Of a DNA stretch of 64,000 bases, positions 57,101-64,000 are shown piece by piece (the first letter of the stretch is position 1; every line of letters starts with the position of its first letter). The notes beneath the pieces were generated by a model that saw only the letters and a list, made by a program, of their open reading frames with translations, searched no databases and was not told where the DNA came from. This DNA comes from a virus (lineage: Duplodnaviria; Caudoviricetes), in IMG/VR virus record IMGVR_UViG_3300021958_000024; one strand, given 5' to 3'. Both the position numbers and the translations under genes were made by a program.

Positions 57101-60100
57101 AAAGTGGACAACAAGTAATATATCTATCATCTAATCCAGCAATAACTACTGGATTGGACCATGATAAAGTATATTATGTGTCTGCTATCACTTCTAATAG
57201 AATCAAGTTAGCAGAGCAGAAATATGATGCTCTGCTGGGCATAAACGCTGTAGATATTACAGCATCTCTTGCTGGATCAATATTACCAATAAATTCACCA
57301 CTAGAAGTTGTAAAATATGAAGATATTATTTTTGATCTTTCCGATTCTTCATTATCAATCGATAATGAGAGAGAAAAAGAGGCATTTGATTTTAGATTAT
57401 ATTGGGATCACATGTTGACCCATGAGTTCTATACAACTGCTAAACAACGTTCATTTGATCTGACATATAATGGTTCCATAGGTATTTCAAGTGATGCAAA
57501 AGCAACTCTAAGAAATAGTTCAAATCTACCAAAAGAGATTTATTATAATCTAGTTCCAAAGAGAAGATTTGGTAATAATACAGAAAATCTTGAACTTTAC
57601 ACTTATAAAAATAGATCAGATGATGGATATATTAATAACTCCATTAATGTTGTTGATAGTAAGTTTTCTAATACCTACAAAATCAACTCAAATACATCAA
57701 ATACATTTACAGCACCTATTTTTAATGACCCAGAAAGATATGAATATACTTCTGGTAGAGGAAACGTACTAAACTATTTTGTTAAATCTCCAGTTGTTGA
57801 AGGATCTATTGCTGAAATTGAGATTCAATCTAGAGGTGAAGGATATAAGAGTATCCCTAAAATAGATAAGATTGTTTCGGAAAATGGTAGTGGTGCCATT
57901 CTAAAGGTCGAAAGTAACAATATTGGTACACCATTAAATATCGAGTTTGACGATATTGGTTACGATTATTATTCTGACAATACTATTAGACCATCATCAA
58001 AAACTCCTACAATTATTGAGTTAGATTACTTGTCTTCTGTAAAGGAAGTTAAGGTTATTTCACCAGGTAAAAACTATTCTACTGCTCCAGATATCATCAT
58101 TATTGATGGATATACCAATAAGTTAGTGGAAGATTTGGAGTTTAAGTATAACATATTCACAAGAAAAGTCGATATTATTAAAAATACATATAACTTATCT
58201 GAATATTCACCAAAAATCCTCACTATAAACAACTCAAATGGCATTGGAATCAATACTATTACATTTAATGAGGATAATAAGCATGTAACTGTAGAACTTT
58301 CTCCATCATACAGTTTCTTACAAGACTTCCCATTTGAGATTGGTGATAAAGTATTGGTCGAAAATGTAAGTGTTGGTATTGCAACTACTGGTAAAGGTTA
58401 TAACTCAGAAAACTACAACTATACTACATTTACTATTATTGATAGAGATCCTGCTCTTGGTGGTATTGGAGCAACTGTTACATACAGTCTACAAAATCTT
58501 CTTGGAGAAGGAGAATCTCCTGGTAAGTTTAATGTTTTTAACTCAGTAGGAAGAATAGTTCCATTAAAATACTTACCAACTTTTGAGATTGAAACTCAAA
58601 AGAGTAAGTTCTTTAGCAATGAACCAGTTGTAGGAACCTCTGGTGCAAGAGGAAACATTCAGAGTATTGATTATGATAGAGACATTATTAAAGTTTATAC
58701 CCTGGATGATTTTAAGGTCGGAGATGTTCTTAGAGGACTAGTTTCTGGAAGAAGATCCAGAGTATTAAAAGTAGTCTCAGATGAGATAGATTTTCCAGTT
58801 ACTTCTGGATCCGTAGTTAGAAATGGATGGTCAACAAGAAAAGGTTTCTTAAATGATCCAGAACAAAGAATACACGATAGTGATTACTACCAATACTTCT
58901 CTTACTCTGTAAAATCTGAAGTTGACTATGAAACTTGGAATCCATATGTTTCAAATCTAGTCCATACTGTAGGATTTAAAAAGTTTAGTGATATTTTGGT
59001 TCCATCAGAACCAAACTCTTTTGTGGGAATAGAAACTATTCAATCATCTGGAGATATTAGTGGTATTGCTGACATCCATAGAGTTATTGACGTAGATTGC
59101 TATCAAGATTTTGATACTATTACAGAAACTACATCTATCATAAATGAGACTAGAAAATCTAAAGAGGTTATTCTAAGGTCTAGACTACTACAAGATTATA
59201 TTGAGTCTATTGGTAATAGAGTTTTAGAACTAGATGACATATCTTCAGAGTTTAATCAGGTTGTAAGATCTACAAGATATTCAACTATTGATGCATATGA
59301 AAGAGTCGTTGGATTTAGAAAATACTTTGTTATTGTTGAAAATATCGATAATCCATATGAAAGACAAGCAGGTGTAGTTCTACTACTCTCTGATGGTCTA
59401 AATGTATTTAATGTTGACTATGCAAAATTATTCCCACAAACAACTATTGGAGATTTTGATGCGGAGATTTCTGGTACTGAAGTTTTATTGAGATTCTTCC
59501 CAATCAGTTATAAAACGACAAACTACTTAGTCTTTGTAACTTCTTTAGAAATCGATGCTTCTACAGTTGGTGTTGGATCAATCTCAGAATCTATCCTTGG
59601 CGATGCTGTTCATATGTATTCTGAACAGATTCCAAGTATTGGTCCAGGTGTGTCTGAAGTCTTTAGATTATCTCTGAATGATACTACTAATAAGTTAATC
59701 ATTCACGTTGGTGCTGATAATGGATATGTGCAGACAGAAGAGTTGATTATTACTACTGATGGTACAGATCTATTCGTAAATGAATATGGATTTTTAAATA
59801 GTTCTGGTGGTGGTTCTGATAGTACTCCAGGTATTGCTACCTTTACATATTCTATAGATGGATCTGAAATCATTGTAACTGGTGCATTTGATTCACCAAA
59901 CTCAAATGAGTTCCAAGTAGATGCATCTATTACAGCATTCTCCTCGACAAATACTGGTGTAGGAACTGCTGCAGTAAATGGTGCTTTATTGGAGACTACA
60001 TACACTTCTTTCTCTGCATCACCAACACCAACCGCATCTACATTATCATCTTTTGGTGGTAGATATGATGCAACATATGTGATTGCTTCTGTACAAGATT

Positions 60101-63100
60101 TAACTAATGGTACTCATTACGCAGAAGAGTTTGTTGTAATGTCAACCTGGAATAAACAGGTCGATTATGTTGCTCCCATCGTTTCAAGTGGAACTGATAC
60201 TGGTATTGGAACGTTTGGTGCAATATCCAATGGATCTACTTGTAGTATAGTCTTTACTCCAGAACCAAATATCGATGTTGATGTTAGAACCTTCGAATAC
60301 AAGATTGGTTACTATGATCAAATAACAACTCCAGAACAAATCATTGATCTTGGAAACATGAAAGTTGATTCTGGATTTGGTGATTATGAAGGAACTGAAC
60401 TTTCAATCAAAAAATCATTTGAACTATATCATAAAGAACAACCATTATTCCAAAAAACTATTGATGCTACTCAAGCAAGTCAACTTGATATTGATAATAA
60501 TATTATCAGCACACCTGGACACTATTTTGTTACTGGAGAAGAGTTAGATTACTCATATAGATTCTCTGATGTTGGATTAACCGATAATGCTATTTCTATT
60601 GCGTCTACTACTGTTCCAGGAATAGGTCTTACCGATAAACTGCCCACAACGGTATATGCGGTTAAAGTAGACGAGTTAAGTATTCAAGTTGCAGCATCTG
60701 CATCTGATGCATTGGCATTTAATCCAAAAATCTTTGAGTTTGCGTCTTTAGGGATTACTACAGATCATAAATTTACATCTAAAAAACAAAATACAAGAAC
60801 TCTGATTTCTCTAGATAATATTGTTCAATCCCCAGTAGTTTCATCTGGAACAACTGCTCTATTGGCAATAGATTCAACTCCATTTAATGCTATCCTTGAG
60901 TTCCAATCTGTTGATGGATTCCAAGGTGGAGATCTGATTCAGATTGATAATGAAATCATGAGAATCTTTGTTATTGGATTTAATGATAATCCAAACTTTG
61001 TTTATTGTACAAGAGGATTTATTGGAACTAAGAGAAATACTCATCCAGCTGGAAGTGTAGTAACAAAAGTAACTGCAAACTATAATATAGTTGGCAATAC
61101 CATTTATTTCCCAGAAGCACCTTTTGGAAACATTCAGTTTGAAAACTCTCTCAACAAACCAGATGAAGTCGATTACTTTGGTATTGATGTAAGATCTAAG
61201 TTCAATGGTAGAGTTTTCTTAAGAAGCTCTTCTCCTGGGTCACAGTATGATCCATACAACGATAACTTTATCTTAGATACAGTATCCGATCAGTTTAATG
61301 GATATGATGATGAGTTTACTATCCAAAGTCTGGGTAGTAATGTGACAGGTATTGCATCACTAAATGCTGCAGTTCTTGTCAATAATGTTTTCCAGGTTCC
61401 AGATGGTCCATTCAATAATGGAAACTATTCAATGTTGGAAGTTGGTGGCGAAACTAAAATCAAGTTTACAGGATTTAGTAGCACCAGTTATTATGATATT
61501 AACCAATCTGGTTTACCAAGAGGAAGAATCATCCTTTCAGTTGGTTCTACTGCTGGACTTGGTTATCAACCTTTAGTTTCTGCTGGAGGAACCGCTACAA
61601 TATCTGGTACAGGATCAATTTCCAATATTTCTATTGGCAACTCTGGTTCTGGATATAGATCTGGAATCCAAACATATGTCAAGATTGGTGTTGTAACAAC
61701 ATCTTTAGATTCTGATGTAGAATACATTGGATTTGCAACTGTTTATAATGGGTCGGTGGTTTCTATTGCAATCACAAATCCAGGAACTGGTTATACCTCA
61801 TCAAATCCACCTCAAGTTATATTTGATGATCCAGAACCATATTGGAATATTCCTCTTCAATATCAAGCACCTTCTAGCGGACTGGGAACTGAGGCATATG
61901 TAGATCTTGTTGTAAGTCAAGATTCTAGTGTTTTAAGCTTTGAGGTAAGAAACTATGGTTATGGATTTAATGTTCGTGATCTATTAACAGTTCCTGTTGG
62001 TGGTGAAACTGGTATCCCAACTACATCGGATTATGGTGCATTCGAATACTTCACTATTATTGTAGATCGTTTATATGCAGATGATTTCTCTGCATGGCAT
62101 TTTGGAGAGTTGCAACCTATTGATTCTATTCAAGACCTCATTGATGGAAGTAGAAGATTCTTCCCAATCTATATTAATGGTCAACAAACAACTATTAGAT
62201 CAAAACCAGGATCTGGTATTGAAGTTAAATCTACACTTCTAGTATTTGTAAATGATATTTTACAAGTTCCAGATGAAGGTTATATTTTTGAAAATGGAAG
62301 TATTATTGAGTTCCCAGTTCCTCTAGAAATAGGAACAAAAGTAGATATAGTATTTTATAGGGGTTCTGGATCAGTTGACACTAGAAATGTAGACATTATT
62401 GAACCAATTGAAAAAGGTGATTTATTTACTATTAATAGCGATAATCCATTGTATTTGCAAAATGAACGTCAAGTATTTGATATTGTGAATACAAATACAG
62501 TTGAAACTATTGCGTATCCAGGTCCAGGATTAGATCAAAGTGAATCCATTATCAGACCTATTGCTCTTTGCCAACAAAAGAATGATATTGCAGTGAATGG
62601 TGGTTATGTTGGAAAATCTAGATCAATTTATGAACCATACATATCCCCAGTAGCAAGAGTGATTGATACTATCAATACAACTTCAACGGATATTTACGTT
62701 GATGGAGTTAAGATTTTCTTCGATGATCTTAGAGAATATTCTACTGAACAAACAAGAAAGCAAACGATAACAGTAGTATCACAAGAATCCATTACTTCAG
62801 CTGCTGGAACTGCTATTGTTTCTACTGCTGGAACTATTACTGGTGTTGTTATCAGTAATAGTGGTCTTGGATATACATTTACACCATCTGCATCTATTCC
62901 AAATCCAGACAATCTAACATTTACAAATAAAAATAACTTCTATACCAACCAAACAGTTCTACAAAGTAGCATTAGTAATGGATCAGTAGATTCAATAACT
63001 GTTGTTTCTTCTGGATCTGGATATACGGCAACGAATCCACCACAAGTCATTATTGAGTCTCCTAGAGCAATATATGAAGTTATAGAGAACGTTAGTTATG

Positions 63101-63627
63101 AAGGAGATTTTGGAGATGTGATTCAGATTAATAATGGAAATACATATCTGGACTTAGATTTATTTGTTCCATTAGATTCATATCTAAGAGATACAGATGT
63201 TGCTTCTGTTGGAGTTGCATCTACTGGTTTATCTGCACTACAAGTTGGTGATTATTTCATTTTAGATAACACAAATGTTGGTGATGGAATAACATCTAGA
63301 GATACCACAGGAACAGTAAATGTTTCTATTGGTAATAGCTTCTTAGACAATGTTTACCAAGTGCAGGCAGTTTCTACAGTATCATCTACTGTTCCAGGGG
63401 TAGGTGTTACCTTTGTAACTAGAGTGAGAGTAAATGTAGATTCTTCTACAAATAATGCTCCTGTAGGAGTAACTACCAGAGCAGGGACTTATACATGGGG
63501 TAAAATAACTAATCTAGGAAGAAGAATGCCAATGAGTTTTGTGGTTAATAGCAATCGTTTATCTGGAATAAATACATCACCTGTTGTTGTCAGGAAAAAT
63601 CGTTTAGATTATAAATCATACCTGTAA
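51136..63627 (+). CDS. gp7: Giant baseplate wedge protein gp7-like (4163 aa)
   Basis: Lies between gp6 and gp8; PEYVREEYP..F...YY, FYRSKG...LFKALYG, DSDYYQYFSY..S....W......VH.VG; YHYH-like and cupredoxin-like inserts. Confidence 0.8.
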   Translation: MEKVSLNSLVENLVPEYVREEYPLLVEFLKEYYISQETSGQSLDLIQNLAEYVKIDNLTNLVDSCNLTASISYYEKDIFVDTTRGFPSSQGLIQINDEVIFYDRSVEEEPIEFVGKIDIGFNEITSTEVEDTTSTVGWYVRVYNLDESKFIGEGLVTGTNDGNNIKVNFTPVPSSDIDGYETSDLYICKITRSKFTGCRRGFSGVTGLKDSVTSNKLIFTSTKASKHKNGDVVTNLNIILLKEFFRKIKVQIAPGFENEEFYDVINESTFVKNIKEFYRSKGSECSFDLLFKALYGKPVDIVIPSNYLVEPSSSRYSITKNLIVELIEGDASELENRTLYQDTQFNIPNTRGIITKLEKLQKDNKDFYRLYIDNSIEENYDSTYGNFTIHPKTKNTTRIEKNQTFVDVDSTIGFPLSGTLVLKDDFNLEYRVEYTSKTSTQFLGCTGLTRDFEENSDINLDVYSYVNVTGGQVKVRVTGVLDNSIESTILPSVKNLRKNDYLPIKTLGTEIKNDPRSSSWIYNIPKTYQVKSIELLDNTDFAYRVYFYEKHDLSVGQNITLTPVSDISGSYNGAVVEWNNQFSVIVRGSRVFLNENIKYDLEKKLNKSNFDGIINYPADVQNTYYDRKTDDIYVNSQSLPLYRPSFEVEELNVNKRIRAFSGIFKDQDTLDIGKHGFITGDAVVYKPRTVSYIPSYTLDANGVRSYKFINNETGDYENNPTLVLIRGKKYTFRNDMNQHPFRIQIESNGTVSDQYNDGIKNNDVSNGVLVWEVQEDTPDVLYYQCLNHQAMGGVINIIDEDEQKSLDIDKGIYFIEKVSPTQIKLYRSRTNIVKGQSVKFSGVVIQDTIESYDYVYKNLDSRKIEPQDIIRKIVRHPGHENSNVSAKITESGTIGIWRNGIELLNYKSKDFISYGQIKSLDVLSKGSGYDVINVPYLRITDPNGSGCVSNLSVKGYLSRIDILDKGFDYIETPVIKISGGNGTGAKAEVELEKYVHFSTFNASEVDLVNDSIGFSTYHKFKDGESIQYETLGQVAIAGLSTSSYYFVSLVDSYNVKLHKSKSDALDNRNPINLYQIGTGKHNLKSTNRKNRVKRVNISQNGYGYEQKYRSCPSSGISTYKDLIEIKDHGYQSGEIVTYNPKIAPVAGLSSGTDYYVLKNDDDSFRLCAITGISTQKDIFYKQKKYINFDGFIEGDHTFKYQDIVVTIEGRSSLSQEDLNADTNARIRPIFSGEIDSVFIENGGQKYGSQVSNFVSQPNIQILQGRNARLKPIIKNGEIISVIIQDPGKDYYSTPDVSVIGTGVGANLIPIVKDGYISDIIIENPGIGYQSEGTQALVVNRGISGSISANIQTWRINLVERYVSTGLISPEDSFLYEGKTKSRGIQYVHTYAPRKLREISLASRFLNGVEVFNPDLELINGVESVSLAHSPILGWAYDGNPIYGPYAYSSQTGGRIIQMTSGYELRTDLNKDKNRPNLVDFPPGFFIEDYTFTGNGTLDKHNGRYCVTPDYPNGVYAYFCTVNTEVDSNGLFKSYRRPVFPYVIGNAYISSPTEFNFKSTSTLEYFDLNTSDLTRNTAPYSLLADTINYPYLKYDKAYRNQNAIVKSTKFGSVTSVGIVTGGYNYKVGDRVVFDGQIDTFKAKGMVSKVKGVDVESISLLHSESQKCNIIKTSKVFTAFTEDPHGYTPGESVTLTFNNELLTTTEINVKFNIITLKQNLDIPSVTGIVTHISVATIFDLIYPNDVYELNNEKIKVLRVESNKSRLLVQREYDGSIGSTHQVSSGFIEVPRKFTFSPQNSFITTSFTNSLENPLYFIPSENVGLNTVTINISNHPLITGDLLDYSNEGGTSITVENENGSFLLSDVEQIYAVKINSNLIGLTTVSSGITTDPQLLLFTNVGLGSVHSLTPRYSNVLECDISDDRVLVTTSTPHGLSVGDRFDLYVESGISTTYKVEYNKRNRAVIIGRRDFESSDVNTLKNFITIENHKYQSGQQVIYLSSNPAITTGLDHDKVYYVSAITSNRIKLAEQKYDALLGINAVDITASLAGSILPINSPLEVVKYEDIIFDLSDSSLSIDNEREKEAFDFRLYWDHMLTHEFYTTAKQRSFDLTYNGSIGISSDAKATLRNSSNLPKEIYYNLVPKRRFGNNTENLELYTYKNRSDDGYINNSINVVDSKFSNTYKINSNTSNTFTAPIFNDPERYEYTSGRGNVLNYFVKSPVVEGSIAEIEIQSRGEGYKSIPKIDKIVSENGSGAILKVESNNIGTPLNIEFDDIGYDYYSDNTIRPSSKTPTIIELDYLSSVKEVKVISPGKNYSTAPDIIIIDGYTNKLVEDLEFKYNIFTRKVDIIKNTYNLSEYSPKILTINNSNGIGINTITFNEDNKHVTVELSPSYSFLQDFPFEIGDKVLVENVSVGIATTGKGYNSENYNYTTFTIIDRDPALGGIGATVTYSLQNLLGEGESPGKFNVFNSVGRIVPLKYLPTFEIETQKSKFFSNEPVVGTSGARGNIQSIDYDRDIIKVYTLDDFKVGDVLRGLVSGRRSRVLKVVSDEIDFPVTSGSVVRNGWSTRKGFLNDPEQRIHDSDYYQYFSYSVKSEVDYETWNPYVSNLVHTVGFKKFSDILVPSEPNSFVGIETIQSSGDISGIADIHRVIDVDCYQDFDTITETTSIINETRKSKEVILRSRLLQDYIESIGNRVLELDDISSEFNQVVRSTRYSTIDAYERVVGFRKYFVIVENIDNPYERQAGVVLLLSDGLNVFNVDYAKLFPQTTIGDFDAEISGTEVLLRFFPISYKTTNYLVFVTSLEIDASTVGVGSISESILGDAVHMYSEQIPSIGPGVSEVFRLSLNDTTNKLIIHVGADNGYVQTEELIITTDGTDLFVNEYGFLNSSGGGSDSTPGIATFTYSIDGSEIIVTGAFDSPNSNEFQVDASITAFSSTNTGVGTAAVNGALLETTYTSFSASPTPTASTLSSFGGRYDATYVIASVQDLTNGTHYAEEFVVMSTWNKQVDYVAPIVSSGTDTGIGTFGAISNGSTCSIVFTPEPNIDVDVRTFEYKIGYYDQITTPEQIIDLGNMKVDSGFGDYEGTELSIKKSFELYHKEQPLFQKTIDATQASQLDIDNNIISTPGHYFVTGEELDYSYRFSDVGLTDNAISIASTTVPGIGLTDKLPTTVYAVKVDELSIQVAASASDALAFNPKIFEFASLGITTDHKFTSKKQNTRTLISLDNIVQSPVVSSGTTALLAIDSTPFNAILEFQSVDGFQGGDLIQIDNEIMRIFVIGFNDNPNFVYCTRGFIGTKRNTHPAGSVVTKVTANYNIVGNTIYFPEAPFGNIQFENSLNKPDEVDYFGIDVRSKFNGRVFLRSSSPGSQYDPYNDNFILDTVSDQFNGYDDEFTIQSLGSNVTGIASLNAAVLVNNVFQVPDGPFNNGNYSMLEVGGETKIKFTGFSSTSYYDINQSGLPRGRIILSVGSTAGLGYQPLVSAGGTATISGTGSISNISIGNSGSGYRSGIQTYVKIGVVTTSLDSDVEYIGFATVYNGSVVSIAITNPGTGYTSSNPPQVIFDDPEPYWNIPLQYQAPSSGLGTEAYVDLVVSQDSSVLSFEVRNYGYGFNVRDLLTVPVGGETGIPTTSDYGAFEYFTIIVDRLYADDFSAWHFGELQPIDSIQDLIDGSRRFFPIYINGQQTTIRSKPGSGIEVKSTLLVFVNDILQVPDEGYIFENGSIIEFPVPLEIGTKVDIVFYRGSGSVDTRNVDIIEPIEKGDLFTINSDNPLYLQNERQVFDIVNTNTVETIAYPGPGLDQSESIIRPIALCQQKNDIAVNGGYVGKSRSIYEPYISPVARVIDTINTTSTDIYVDGVKIFFDDLREYSTEQTRKQTITVVSQESITSAAGTAIVSTAGTITGVVISNSGLGYTFTPSASIPNPDNLTFTNKNNFYTNQTVLQSSISNGSVDSITVVSSGSGYTATNPPQVIIESPRAIYEVIENVSYEGDFGDVIQINNGNTYLDLDLFVPLDSYLRDTDVASVGVASTGLSALQVGDYFILDNTNVGDGITSRDTTGTVNVSIGNSFLDNVYQVQAVSTVSSTVPGVGVTFVTRVRVNVDSSTNNAPVGVTTRAGTYTWGKITNLGRRMPMSFVVNSNRLSGINTSPVVVRKNRLDYKSYL

Positions 63628-63655
63628 ACCTCATAAATAGATAAAAAGTCTACCA

Positions 63656-64000
63656 ATGTCAGCAATTATAACTGATCAACTAAGAATATTTAATGCGGAG
63701 AACTTTGTCAATACCATTGGTGTTTCTTCAAACTCTTATTATGCATTCATTGGTCTCCCAAATGCAACTGAATATGACTCTGAGTGGGATATAACACCAC
63801 CATCTCCTAAAGATTGTTTTGACGAAGAGAATGATTATTGGGACACTATGACATCCTTAAAAAGGATTTCTAAAAATGATGTTAAAAGAGTCATTAGAAA
63901 GATCCAATGGGAAAGTGGATTTACTTATGACATGTATAGACATGATATAAGTAGAACAAACTTATCACAACCATCTGAAGCAACTAGTCTATATTATTCA
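63656..64000 (+). CDS. gp8: Baseplate wedge subunit gp8 (truncated by window end)
   Basis: MSAIITDQLRIFNAENFV...YYAFIG...W..G.TYDMYRHD; ATAAATA at 63633-63639. Confidence 0.85.
   Translation, partial: MSAIITDQLRIFNAENFVNTIGVSSNSYYAFIGLPNATEYDSEWDITPPSPKDCFDEENDYWDTMTSLKRISKNDVKRVIRKIQWESGFTYDMYRHDISRTNLSQPSEATSLYYS

Noticed and set aside
1301-62912. Most minus-strand and nested ORFs in the track (e.g. 2009-2395, 2534-3070, 21430-21795, 31029-31319, 44067-44435, 59703-60005)
   Set aside because: They are antisense or alternate-frame shadows of stronger + strand genes, without RBS or motifs.
1-64000. tRNA, rRNA, introns or inteins
   Set aside because: No cloverleaf, rRNA, group I intron core or intein motifs were recognised by eye; tRNAscan and Infernal were not run.

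Overview
64 kb of a T4-like cyanophage (Kyanoviridae-type myovirus), almost entirely on the + strand. Layout: (1) 1-27 kb late baseplate-hub/spike/tail-fibre block under ATAAATA late promoters, including cp12 and gp5-like genes; (2) 27-46.6 kb early/accessory block of small ORFs behind repeated promoter cassettes, containing an HNH-AP2 endonuclease, a deaminase, a late CTS-tagged ADP-ribosyltransferase-like gene with a large PD-(D/E)xK-like gene, an SF2 helicase, and a nuclease/methyltransferase cluster; (3) a candidate replication-origin zone at 44.3-46.6 kb (three TTTTCCACA boxes, a composite tandem array, TTATTCG repeats, a skew switch); (4) 47-64 kb baseplate wedge operon gp25-gp6-gp7-gp8 (gp8 truncated by the window end). 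Best candidate for a new system: a phage-encoded, probably AATT-specific restriction-modification pair at 36446-37821. It combines a minimal EcoRI-fold nuclease that keeps the AATT-reading GNAIER motif but lacks the outer-G arm, and a Dam-family MTase whose two G-reading residues (EcoDam K9, R124) are replaced by Ile and Gln. Consistent with this, AATT is strongly depleted in the core genes but abundant in apparently recent inserts. All family assignments are from motif recognition by eye, and all counts are manual.
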